The notes under the pieces were generated by a model. The model did no database searches, was not told where the DNA came from, and worked only from the letters and a program-made list of their open reading frames with translations. DNA of 33,000 nt from Dicyema japonicum (lineage: Eukaryota; Animalia; Dicyemida), in NCBI GenBank assembly GCA_011109175.1, contig RDEW01000106.1:31001-64000 (forward strand), in the 5' to 3' direction. The position numbers and the translations under genes are program-made. Shown here piece after piece: positions 23,113-32,734 of the stretch (within the stretch, counting starts at the first letter, position 1; every line of letters begins with the position of its first letter).

Positions 23113-25597
23113 ATGATCAACTCGAACGGATCTAATGAAAAACACGATGGTTCAATACAAAAAGCTGAAAAGTCTGTATATGAACCAACAGAGCACGTGC
23201 TAAACTCAAGTCATTTACAGAAAATGACGGAATATAAACGAATGTATTACATGTCTGTCATAAATCCTAAACAATTTTGGGGACAAATTGCAAGACAATT
23301 TTACTGGAAAAATTTTGAAGACAACAACAATGTCACGTGGAACTTTGATATATCAAAAGGTCCCATCTTTACAAGATGGTTCAGGGGAGCCAAAACAAAT
23401 ATGAGCTATAATTGCCTCGACCGGCATATTATCAATGGACGTGGGACAGAGTGGCTTTCTTTTGGTGAGATTTACCCTTAATAATTTTGTAGGGAAGGAA
23501 ATGATCCCTCTGATAGCAGAAAAATCACATACAAGCAGCTTCATCAGCAAGTTTGTAAACTGGCAAATGTGCTAAAATCAAAAGGTTATTTTCTAAACAC
23601 AATAATACCACATGTGCCACGCCTTATACACCTAAACCTCTAATTACCTACACATTAATACATTCTGTAGGGTTAAAGAAGGGAGACACTGTTTCTATCT
23701 ACATGCCCATGATCCCCGAACTCATAGTGGCAATGCTGGCGTGTGCTAGACTTGGAATTATTCACTCAATTATTGTAATTTTGCTTAATTAGTCAGTTTG
23801 CTGGATTTTCGGCAAATTCTCTCTGTGTTCGGTTTATTAGTGCAAAGCCGAAATTGGTGATCACTGCTGGTTTATAATAGTGTTACCATTAGATGCCTTT
23901 TGGCGGGGGACAAAACTGATAAATTTAAAAAAGATATGTGATGAAGGAATCGAATTGTACGAAAAACAGTAGAATATATTTTTATACGAATAAAGGGGCA
24001 ATTCCATTATTGGTGTGATATGGAAGAGACATTTGAATCCAGGCCCTCATCAGACGGCTAAGGAAGAACTGGGATCTCGACCTTACAATGTGGAGGTACC
24101 TTTAAGCTTAAATGAAAGATAAATATTAAAAAAGGCAGAGATACTTCGTGGGATAAGGCAATGGAGAAAGTGAGTGTTTTATGTGACCCCGTTTGGCTTG
24201 ATGCGGAAGACCCTTTATTTATGCTTCACACAAGGTTGATTCCTTTGCTTAGAATTAGCGGTTCTACGGGAATTCCTAAGGCAATTTTGCATACAAACGG
24301 GGGATACATGTTATATACAGCCACCACATTCAAATATTCGTTTGACTACAATCAACGAGACATTTACTGGTGTACCGCGGACCTCGGTTGGATCACAGGA
24401 CATTCTTACATATGCTATGGTCCTCTTCTAAACTGCGCACGGAGTGTTATGGTTACCTTGCATGTAAACATCGGCTAGTTTGAGGGGGTAATGACATTCC
24501 CAGACGTCAGCAGATTTTGGAGAATTTGCGATAAATATGAAGTGAATCAGTTCTACACATCTCCCACTGCTATTCGGTCACTAATGTCATACGACGAGAG
24601 TTACGTGACAGAGTAATCTGCCTTGAGATTATTTCGCAGGACAAGCAACCGTGATTCCCTCAGAATTATCGGAACTGTGGGGGAGCCAATAAATCCTGAC
24701 GTTTGGGAGTGGTATTACAGAGTAGTAGGAAAATCTCGTTGCGCAGTAATCGACACATATTGGCAGACAGAAACAGTTTTTTTAATTTTCCATTTTGTAG
24801 GGAGGGCACATTATCACCCCCATGCCATGCTTTAAGGCCAAGCCAGGATCAGCTGTAAATGTTACTCAAACATTTTAGACTCTTCCGTTTTTCGGGATTG
24901 TGCCCGTGATTCTGGACGATAACGGAAAGAACTCAAAGGGAAGGCTGATGGTTACCTGGTATAGCCTTACTCTGAGATTAGGGAGTCAAACAAGCCTGGC
25001 CTGGGATGATGAGGACTATTTATGGAGATTATGAACGTTTTAAGAAAACTTACTTTGAACGATTCCCAGGGTACTACATTACTGGGGATGGTTTAATCAC
25101 ACGTGACTTTGTTAGGCGCTCATCGAGACGATGATGGATATTTCTGGATAACGGGCAGAATTGACGACATGCTCAACGTGTCTGGACATTTACTGAGCAC
25201 TGCTGAAGTTGAGGCTGTTCTGGTGCAACATCCCAGCGTCGTTGAAGCTGCTGCAGTGACTGCTCCTCATAGTATTAAGGGAGAGTGCATATATTGCTTC
25301 GTTTCACTCCACCAGGGAGAGGAATTTACTCCACAAATCGAAAAGGAAATAAGAATGGAAGGTAAAAACAGGAGTCATTTAGTTCGCAATACGATCGGTC
25401 CGTTTGCAGCGCCAGAATATGTACAGCACGCCAAGGCATTGCCAAAAACACGATCAGGAAAAATAATCAGACGCGTTTTGCGTCAAATTGCAAAGGGATC
25501 GACAGAATTTGGGGATCTCTCCTCCATAAACGACTATTCCGTCATCGCTGATCTTCAGGCTGGGTACGAACTAATCCTTCGATCAAAGCAAGCATAA
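23113..25597 (+). CDS. ACSS2: Acetyl-CoA synthetase, cytosolic ACSS2 type, ~693 aa, 15 exons; two apparent 1-nt frameshifts
   Basis: Motifs [87 protein letters not shown] and LPKTRSGK. Introns: 23465-23492, 23585-23670, 23775-23796, 23870-23892, 23969-23995, 24096-24118, 24235-24258, 24452-24478, 24613-24639, 24776-24800, 24855-24878, 24959-24981, 25091-25115, 25362-25382. Exons total 2080 nt; adding one G at 23443-23445 and one A at 24926-24928 gives 694 codons. Confidence 0.95.
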
Positions 25598-25707
25598 TTC
25601 TCGACATTTACTAACAATTTTAAACTCAAAAATGAAAATGTTAAATTTGCTGTAAAGCTATAAGCGTGACTCCCACCAAAACCCCGTGAATGACTAAATT
25701 TAAGAGA

Positions 25708-26110
25708 TCAAACAACCATTAAAGGATTCCCCTTGGAGAGGACAACACATTCGATAACAACATCGGTCTTCAACTTCCCGGAAACAATTCCATTTTTAAC
25801 GAATGTATACACAGGGGTGGTTTCAACCATTTTATTGGTCATTTTGAGGAAATAGTTCCCATTTCCACAGACTCCAATCGTATTAGTGTTATTTCCCACA
25901 AACACATGCTTGTCATTCGCCTGATATATGTCCCAGCCAGCTAGATGTCCTCTATGTTCGAGCATATATCTTTGTCCCGTAGTAGTTGTTGTGGCAATGA
26001 ATCTGTCACAAGTTACATTTCCTGGTTTCTCAAATGTATTTTGAGTTGTCAGAAAACCTTAAAGTCAAATATTCTTAAATACATAGAAGTAACGCAAGGT
26101 GGACGAACAT
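25708..26110 (-). CDS. Small predicted secreted protein of unknown function (~125 aa)
   Basis: ATG at 26110 plus a 25-nt GT-AG intron (26058-26082) gives MFVHLALLLCFLTTQN, a signal-peptide-like start in frame with the 85-aa ORF. The 3' end is uncertain because another mini-intron is possible near 25694-25716. Confidence 0.65.
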
Positions 26111-26539
26111 TTCATTTTTGTCGTTATTTGACTAATTAAGCTTGTTATTTTTCGTTAATTTCCTGTTTAGGAAACTTCAGTTAACAATGAATGTTGTTCG
26201 ATTTGAATTTATTTAAATAAATTATATTTTAATAAAATGTTTTAGTTTAAATTTTATTTAATTTAATGGTTTTATTTTATTTATTTTATTTAAACCAAGA
26301 ATCACCGATAGATTAATCCAAGATTTCAAAACTAACCGCAGGAAAAGGACTGGTATGGACACCGGGATCACTTAATTAGACGATAACTTTTATCCCTTTT
26401 CTCGTGATTTCGGGGTTAATAAAATAAATAAATTAGGAGGGAATAAATGGCCGTTAGGTGATCCCGGGGTCCTTAAGCACCATCTCACTTTCCTTGTTGT
26501 TCGTCCCGAAATATGCATGTCGGTGTTACTTTTGGGAAC

Positions 26540-26760
26540 TTTGGAGGTTTCAATAAGGCCCCCGTTCTTTTCACAGCGTCTCGAAAGGAGTTTTTCTTAG
26601 CAGTGAGGTGAAGACTTGGATCTTTTTTCTATTGGACAGGTTTGTCCCCCATACAGCCATAGCTGATTGTCAGTTGTATTACAGAGTGAGCTTACGTTGA
26701 GTTTTTTTATCAAACAATTTTATGAGACCAATGGTTGTAGTATCAGTGGATCATTTAATT
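26540..26760 (-). mobile_element. Possible LINE RT C-terminal remnant
   Basis: YG.AVWGTNLSNRKKIQVF..LRKTPFETL*KERG resembles the YG..VWG..QN..LR..TP..L.E region of APE-type LINEs. Confidence 0.4.
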
Positions 26761-27276
26761 CGTCAGATTATGTGGACTTAATTCCGAAATACTGAAGGTA
26801 GCCCAATCAAACGACCTTGTCCAGAATCAGTCTGATGTAATGTTTCAAGGATACGTGTAATTTTCAGTTGTTGGTTATTTCAATCATTGGGTTACTTCCT
26901 ATTTTAGAAAGTCCCCGATAATGGGGAATATTATCAAAGACTGGGGGAAGTATCTATTTCCTTTTTTGGAGACAAAATTGACAAAAAACCAAAGTGACAT
27001 TCCGCGTAGTTATGAATATTGATTAAATTGAGTAAGGATAAAATTTGTGGGAGATCACAGCCAATGGTCTCTCCTAAAATTCCATATTTACCCCCGGACC
27101 CTTCAAGCGAAGGAAACTGGTGGCTAACAAGAGCTTAGTTACCAGGACCAGAGGTTTCCACCTTTTTTACACGCCTCCCTCAGAAAAAATACAATCTTGC
27201 GCCTCCCTTTATATTCCATGATATAATAAAAATATTATTTTTAACAGAAACAATTTTTTAACACAAAAACTTAGTG

Positions 27277-27425
27277 CTTGCCAGGAAAAAAAGGATCAAC
27301 AAGAAGGGTTCTGACTGAGACAAAAGATTGGAATGGCCATTCTCCGAGAAAACTCGTTCGCGATTTACGCAGCAGGCTCCTCAATTAACATTTGTTTCTT
27401 TGTTAAAAATTGTCTTTAAAAAAAG
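27277..27425 (+). mobile_element. Severely 5'-truncated copy of the same CRE family as 31385-32641
   Basis: Highly similar to 32477-32630 (ORF end, 3'UTR, A-tail). It is flanked by AAAAA(C/G)TTAGTG at 27265-27276 and 27420-27431, a probable TSD with one mismatch. Confidence 0.85.
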
Positions 27426-27904
27426 TTAGTGAAATAATTTTTTTCATTCTTGACAATTTTTTAAATCTCTGTGTCATTGAGGAGAGTGATACCCTAGCGC
27501 ACCAATAAACGAGTTTGATATTTAGATTCCATTGCATCTAGTGCAGAAAATCCAGTTTCGAATAAATATGAAGTAAAAATGGAAACTTTCATGCTTTTAT
27601 CTACAAAATTTCATATTTTTTACACCGATAATAATGGCAATTCTATCGATTTTTTTTTCAAAAGTTGTCAATACAAGTTATCAATGAACAGATCATGTAT
27701 CCATCCAAACGTTTTACATGCGAAATCTTCAAAATAGTGAGCAAAAATGCTTTGACAAACAATTAAATTTATCAACCCTGGATACACCGAGAAAGAAGTT
27801 AAAGTAAACAACTAATTAAGTGTATCCAGTTTCCACTTTTACAGAGACAAAGCCATCCGGAGTCAACATAAAAGGAAAAAGACGTCCATATATGTGCAGT
27901 TGTG

Positions 27905-28003
27905 GAAACCCCTCCAGTGGAGTGGGAAAGAGAAAATGGTCCTTTTTCGTGCCGGCCAGGCACTAGGCGCCACCTAGACAGGTGGATCACATGACGCTAC
28001 TCT
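27905..28003. repeat. ~90-100 bp dispersed repeat module, copy B (inside the hAT remnant)
   Basis: Colinear similarity to 16810-16910. Confidence 0.75.
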
Positions 28004-29679
28004 AATAGGAAGAGAGAGATGAAACAGACAAAAAAACATAAAACTTAAACCAATTAGCCACGCAGCACCACATGGTTCCACGCGGCGTAATTCATACGGA
28101 CAAACAATATTCAAGCAAAAATGCTTTTGTTTGCTTGAATATTGTCTATGGCCCAAAAAGTATTTAACAGTGAGAACATGTCATAGATTTTTTATATAAT
28201 AGATTTCCATAACTTCAGTTTTTTAATGAATTCTACTTTGTGTGAATGAATGTGCTCCCTGCATAGATTTATGCAATACACTCAATTTCCCAAAAATGTC
28301 AACCAAATAGGCCAATTTACAACAAAATTATCATTCCTGGACAATTTTGCATCTTCAATGTCATTTTCCTCAATAAAATCCGCAACTTGATCCTTGAGTT
28401 CAACCACCCTTCGAATCACTTTTCACAGCCAGCGCTCACAGTAATATAAAATGCTGTATCATTTGCATCAACATCTTCTCAAAAAGCTTAGCTTAAAAAA
28501 CTGTGTTTTATGTAGTTTATAACTTTTGGAATTTTTGTAAAAATATTAAGTTCTAGGCTCATTTGAAACACGTGCTGATTTGTGAGGCATGCAGTGCGTC
28601 CAGATATATTGTGCGTTTCTTGTATTTTGCGATTTTGTAAGAAACTTTGTACGAAGCTATTTAACGTTTTCGTTTGGTTATAGCACTATTCTAATTTTAT
28701 TTAAAAAATTCTTTAGACATGGACATATTCAGAATGAATCGTTTCAAAATGTCTTCTTAATTTGCATGGCCTCATACTATCTGCTACAAGTGTTTTGAAA
28801 CAAAGCAAACAGAGGGGTATTTCAAAGGTATCAACAAAAATACCAGTGAATGCTAGCAATAAGTAGGTTGGACAATATTTTCTTGTCTTTGGAGTCGTAT
28901 TGATTATATTCAAATTATTTTGACTATTTGAGCTCTTCACTATTCGTCAATTTTCTTTTACAACCACCCAAGAATTTATCCATACTGTCAAACTGATTTA
29001 AATTGAATTGATTTTTGAAAAATATAATTTTTAAATTATTAACTATTATTATTTTCATATAATCACGATTTTTATATAGATTTAATTTTACAAAAAAATA
29101 TTTCTGATAAGTTTTTCGCGACTCCCTGTACGCTCATTGTTTACAGCCATTTTCTTGAGCTCAGTCACAGATATAGCAGTACTGAATCTATCACTGCAGA
29201 GCTCCGCCAAGTATGGCCAGCCATCAGGGGGCATTTAGGATAGCGTGTTACAAACCTAGGGACTACCTCATTTGGGTCAGTTGCCACAACGCTCTCGGAT
29301 ATGGCAAGAATTACATTCTTACCATCTGTAACGTAAGTGACCCTTCTTTTTTTTCCTTCCAACATTTTTACCCATTCGAGGGAGTTATAACGTCACCGAA
29401 TCCCACAGTGCATGTTATCGACATCCAGTAACCCTTATATTGACTGAAATATATGTTTGACTGGTTTGACGAGTGAAGACAACGGTAAAGCAGAACCCTA
29501 ACGTGGGAGTGCTTTTAACTAACTGATTTAACGTGTTTTTTAATAAACCATTTTGGTTAACGACAAAGTTAGAGTTAGATCCCCGCAGCTTTGATTGCGA
29601 GGTTATTCCCCCTCTGAATTGCACGGGAAATCCGTTCAAATAACCACCACCGTTAAGGGTCTCATGAGCGGAATGAGAT

Positions 29680-30125
29680 AAGGTTTCTGAGTATTTAAAA
29701 AAACTCTTAGGGTGAGTGTCGAGGACTCCAGATGTTTTCATAGCTGGTGGAACGAATGTAAAATCACCGGGGCCAACATATAAATTTGAATGTCGGGTCT
29801 CTTAGCAGCTGACACTATCGAATGACGTTGTCCAATGCTTACGTAAAGTTTTGTTAGCACTTTTCCTGCAAGCGAGTGAAAAGTCCAAATCATCAATTCA
29901 CTAGCAATGTCTGATCTGGTGTGGCTTACAAATCTTCAATCCAAGGCGCAGTGAGACTCCTACTTCAATGGAATCGTCGTTGATTAGTTAGAATACTCCG
30001 TTTAGAATGACGTTGAGCTATGCCTTTCCTTGGGAGAGGCTCCGGACAGTAGAAGGTGTTGGTGGAGGACTCCAAAATCTTAAAATTATTCCTGCAAACA
30101 ACATCGTCTAGACTGGGAAAAGCGA
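29680..30125 (-). mobile_element. Decayed CRE-like retrotransposon (thumb end, zinc knuckle, RLE end; deleted)
   Basis: DDVVC, SGA, INDDSIEVGVSLRLGLKICKPH, LACRKSA and FTFVP.AMKTSGVL appear in CRE order. Confidence 0.75.
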
Positions 30126-31039
30126 GAACGAAAATGATCTCGGGTAGATGACCGACTTCTCGTCAGAAGATCCTAAGCATAGTCGACCCTCGCGACCTGG
30201 CCATTTTTGGTTCCTAGAATTTTATTTTTTCTGATTCTTGCAATTTTCTAAATAATTTCATTTTCATTAAATGCAAAAAATGCGGCCATGGTAGATATTA
30301 AGGCATCATATAGAAAACCAACAAGAAATTCGATTTTCGAAAAAAATACCTTTAGACTCTACCACCTCCATCCATTCTGCAAACTTCTCTTCAAGCTTTG
30401 GAAACTTTGGCTTTAAAAGAAGGTCGATATTTTTTAGAATCTATCAAAATAGTGTCCTTTTTCAGTATAGATTATTGTTTTTTTTCGTTTTTTGATACAT
30501 TTATTTATCAAAAACACAAAAATCAATCAAAAATGATCTCACTAACATAATCGACGTTGCCTTCACGATCGCAACAAGATCAAATTGAGAAGTCACCAAT
30601 ATCCACGTGCGTCGTGGCTTTTTAGTGTAGCTAGGCGTCCCGCTTATTCGTCCTGTTGTTTCAACTACGAGGGGGCACGTGAACCGATCGTGCAACACTT
30701 CCTATTTTTTCCTTTGCTTTCATTGTTTTTTTCAGCGGCATGCAGAGTGTCTACCGCGCTCCCGACTATGTTGATGGCAAAGGGGTCGACGTAAGTAGCA
30801 TCCCATACCAAAGGATTCCCTCCTCGGATGGAAAAATTGTAATTTCGTCCGTTCGTTTTCCATCTCTTCTGTCCGGGCCAACAGATTCAAGTATGCAGGG
30901 GTATCCATCAGACTCCAGGACTCGCTTAACAATTCCGTTCATAGCCTTATGTCTTGGGAATCGTCCTGCACTTATTCGGGAAAAAAGAGCATGCTTTCCA
31001 TTATTTTCTCGACACGAGAAGCATTGGAAGACGTGTTAA

Positions 31040-31350
31040 TAATAATAAAGCCTTTTCACTAGAGCCATAGTATTTATAGCTCCGCATAGGCAGGACACAC
31101 ACTTTTTTAAGTAAAGAACAGTTAATTTTAACTAATCGTAGAACCAAGGAATGATCTTCACTTCTTTTTTTCTATTTTGTGTGAGTGTCCTTTCTAGACA
31201 ATCCAGTTCTGCAGTGAGTATCCACTGATGACGGCGTCACTCGTCAAACCCTTTCTGCATCGTAGATGCGTGGAACCTTCCACCAGGTGAACAGCAGCAA
31301 GATTCGAACCCGTAGCCTAAGCCACTTAAGCCCGACACCTAACCACTATG
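31040..31350 (-). mobile_element. tRNA-derived SINE, full-length-looking copy
   Basis: Minus strand has AGTGGTTAGG A-box-like and GGTTCGAATC B-box sequences, the shared body and a TTTATTATTATT tail. Confidence 0.85.
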
Positions 31351-31384
31351 CACAAATTTTATTTTTTTTCAATTTCTATTAAAA

Positions 31385-32641
31385 GGCATCCCAGCCTTTG
31401 TCCGATTCCAATCATCAAAGAATCGTCGTCCAAAAAGGTCCCGAGGTTTGGGCAAGGTATTGCACCAAGCCATGCTCCACTCCCTCGACTTAAAGCTGAC
31501 ACCAAACAAGCCAGACGATGTTGATTTGCTTCTTTTTTAAGGTCTTCCAAAGTTTTGGAGCAGACAATGTCATCCCAATTACTTTGCTTCGTTGTGTCTT
31601 CGGGGATTTTGAGTCCGGACCCGTTCCATTTCCGACAAGCTTCGTCAAATGACTCATTCCAGCGAAGTCCAATAGTGTTATGAAGGACTTGCCGTGTCAA
31701 ATGGCTGCAGCTTGAGAGAGACGATAGATATGCCGGGTACGCAACCTCCAGCGCCGATCTTATTCCGACACCCCCAAATCCAGAGGGAAGCTTACATTGT
31801 TTCCAACCAAGTTCGTCGAAGCGGACGTTAATTAGTGACTCAACAGTTTGCTTGAGAGACTTGTCTATTGAAAGTAGAATGTCATATTGTTCGTAGCAGG
31901 GTGAACATCGGAGTAGATATAAAAGCTTGGGTAGTCCGATGTTGTTTCTCATCAGGAAGAAAGATGTGTGAGAGTCAAGACATGATAATCTTTTCGCAAG
32001 GCGTGTTAATGGCTGGGACTAGACGTTTGCAGGAGCACCGATGCCGATGCGGGAAAACAGTCGATGCGAAAGGATTGCACCCGCTATCCTGCAGAAGAAG
32101 CGCCGGAAGGGGACCACGCCATGCCGCTCTGAACGATGTGATCGTCAGAGCTCTGAAGGCTTCAGGCTTCCCAGCACAGCTTGAACCAGTGGGTCTTGAT
32201 CGAGGAGATGGGAAGAGACCTGACGGGATGACCCTTTTCCCCTTCACGTCTGGAAGATCTTTGGTCTGGGACGCAACTTGCATAGACACGTTCTCAAGCG
32301 CGAACATTTTTAAATCGGTTTAGACACCTGGATCAGCTGCTTCGACTGCGGAAAACCAAAAAATCAAGAAATATTCTTGCCTCGGGAATCGCTACCGATT
32401 TACTCCTGTTGCGACCGAATCATCGGGAGCCGTTGGTCCAATGACGGCTGAATTCTTGCAAGAACTCGGAGGATTGCTTGCCAGAAAGAAAAGGGATCAA
32501 CGAGAAGGGTTCAGACTGAGACAAAAGATCGGAATGGCCATTCTCCGAAGGAACTCGTTCGCGATTCACGCAGCAGGCTTCCTCAAATAACATTTGTTTT
32601 TTTGTTAAAAAATTTTTTTGTATTAAAAAAAAAGAAGAAAA
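31385..32641. mobile_element. 5'-inverted, 5'-truncated CRE-like non-LTR retrotransposon with A-tail and 14-bp TSD
   Basis: 31389-~32010 encodes the RT thumb on the minus strand, ending in GQRLG. ~32011-32590 encodes LGLDVC/EHRCRCG..H..C, DGKRPDG, WDATC and the ORF end on the plus strand. A-rich tail at 32625-32641; AATTTCTATTAAAA at 31371-31384 and 32642-32655. Confidence 0.92.
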
Positions 32642-32734
32642 AATTTCTATTAAAATAATTTCAAAAATTGTGGCCAATTAATAATAAGAACTGTCTTAAA
32701 TAATAGAACGTTTTCCCAGGCACTCCTGTCTTAA

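Larger units (their letters stand above)
27149..29128 (-). mobile_element. hAT (Buster/Charlie-type) transposon remnant with nested insertions
   Basis: BED finger RKY..CLLCFKTLVADSMRPCKLRRHFETIH (28713-28900), ASYKVSYKIAK, ERWL*KVIRRVVELKDQV, HYFEDF..WIHDLF and FTSYLFETGFSAL..SKYQTRL (dimerisation domain). TIR-like CAGAGGTTTCCACCTTTTT at 27149 and a subterminal CAGGGAGTCGCG near 29128. No TSD found. Confidence 0.85.

Noticed and set aside
23113-25597. Ciliate origin or reassigned stop codons, suggested by ~25-nt introns
   Set aside because: The reconstructed ACSS2 exons contain no in-frame TAA, TAG or TGA over ~693 codons and end at TAA, and the protein and TE set look metazoan.
2145-32677. 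Antisense or overlapping ORFs in the supplied track (e.g. 2145-2387+, 4062-4424+, 4273-4575+, 5368-5574-, 8567-8845+, 31975-32307-, 32420-32677-)
   Set aside because: They are shadows of real coding sequence or TE ORFs on the other strand or frame, with no independent motifs.
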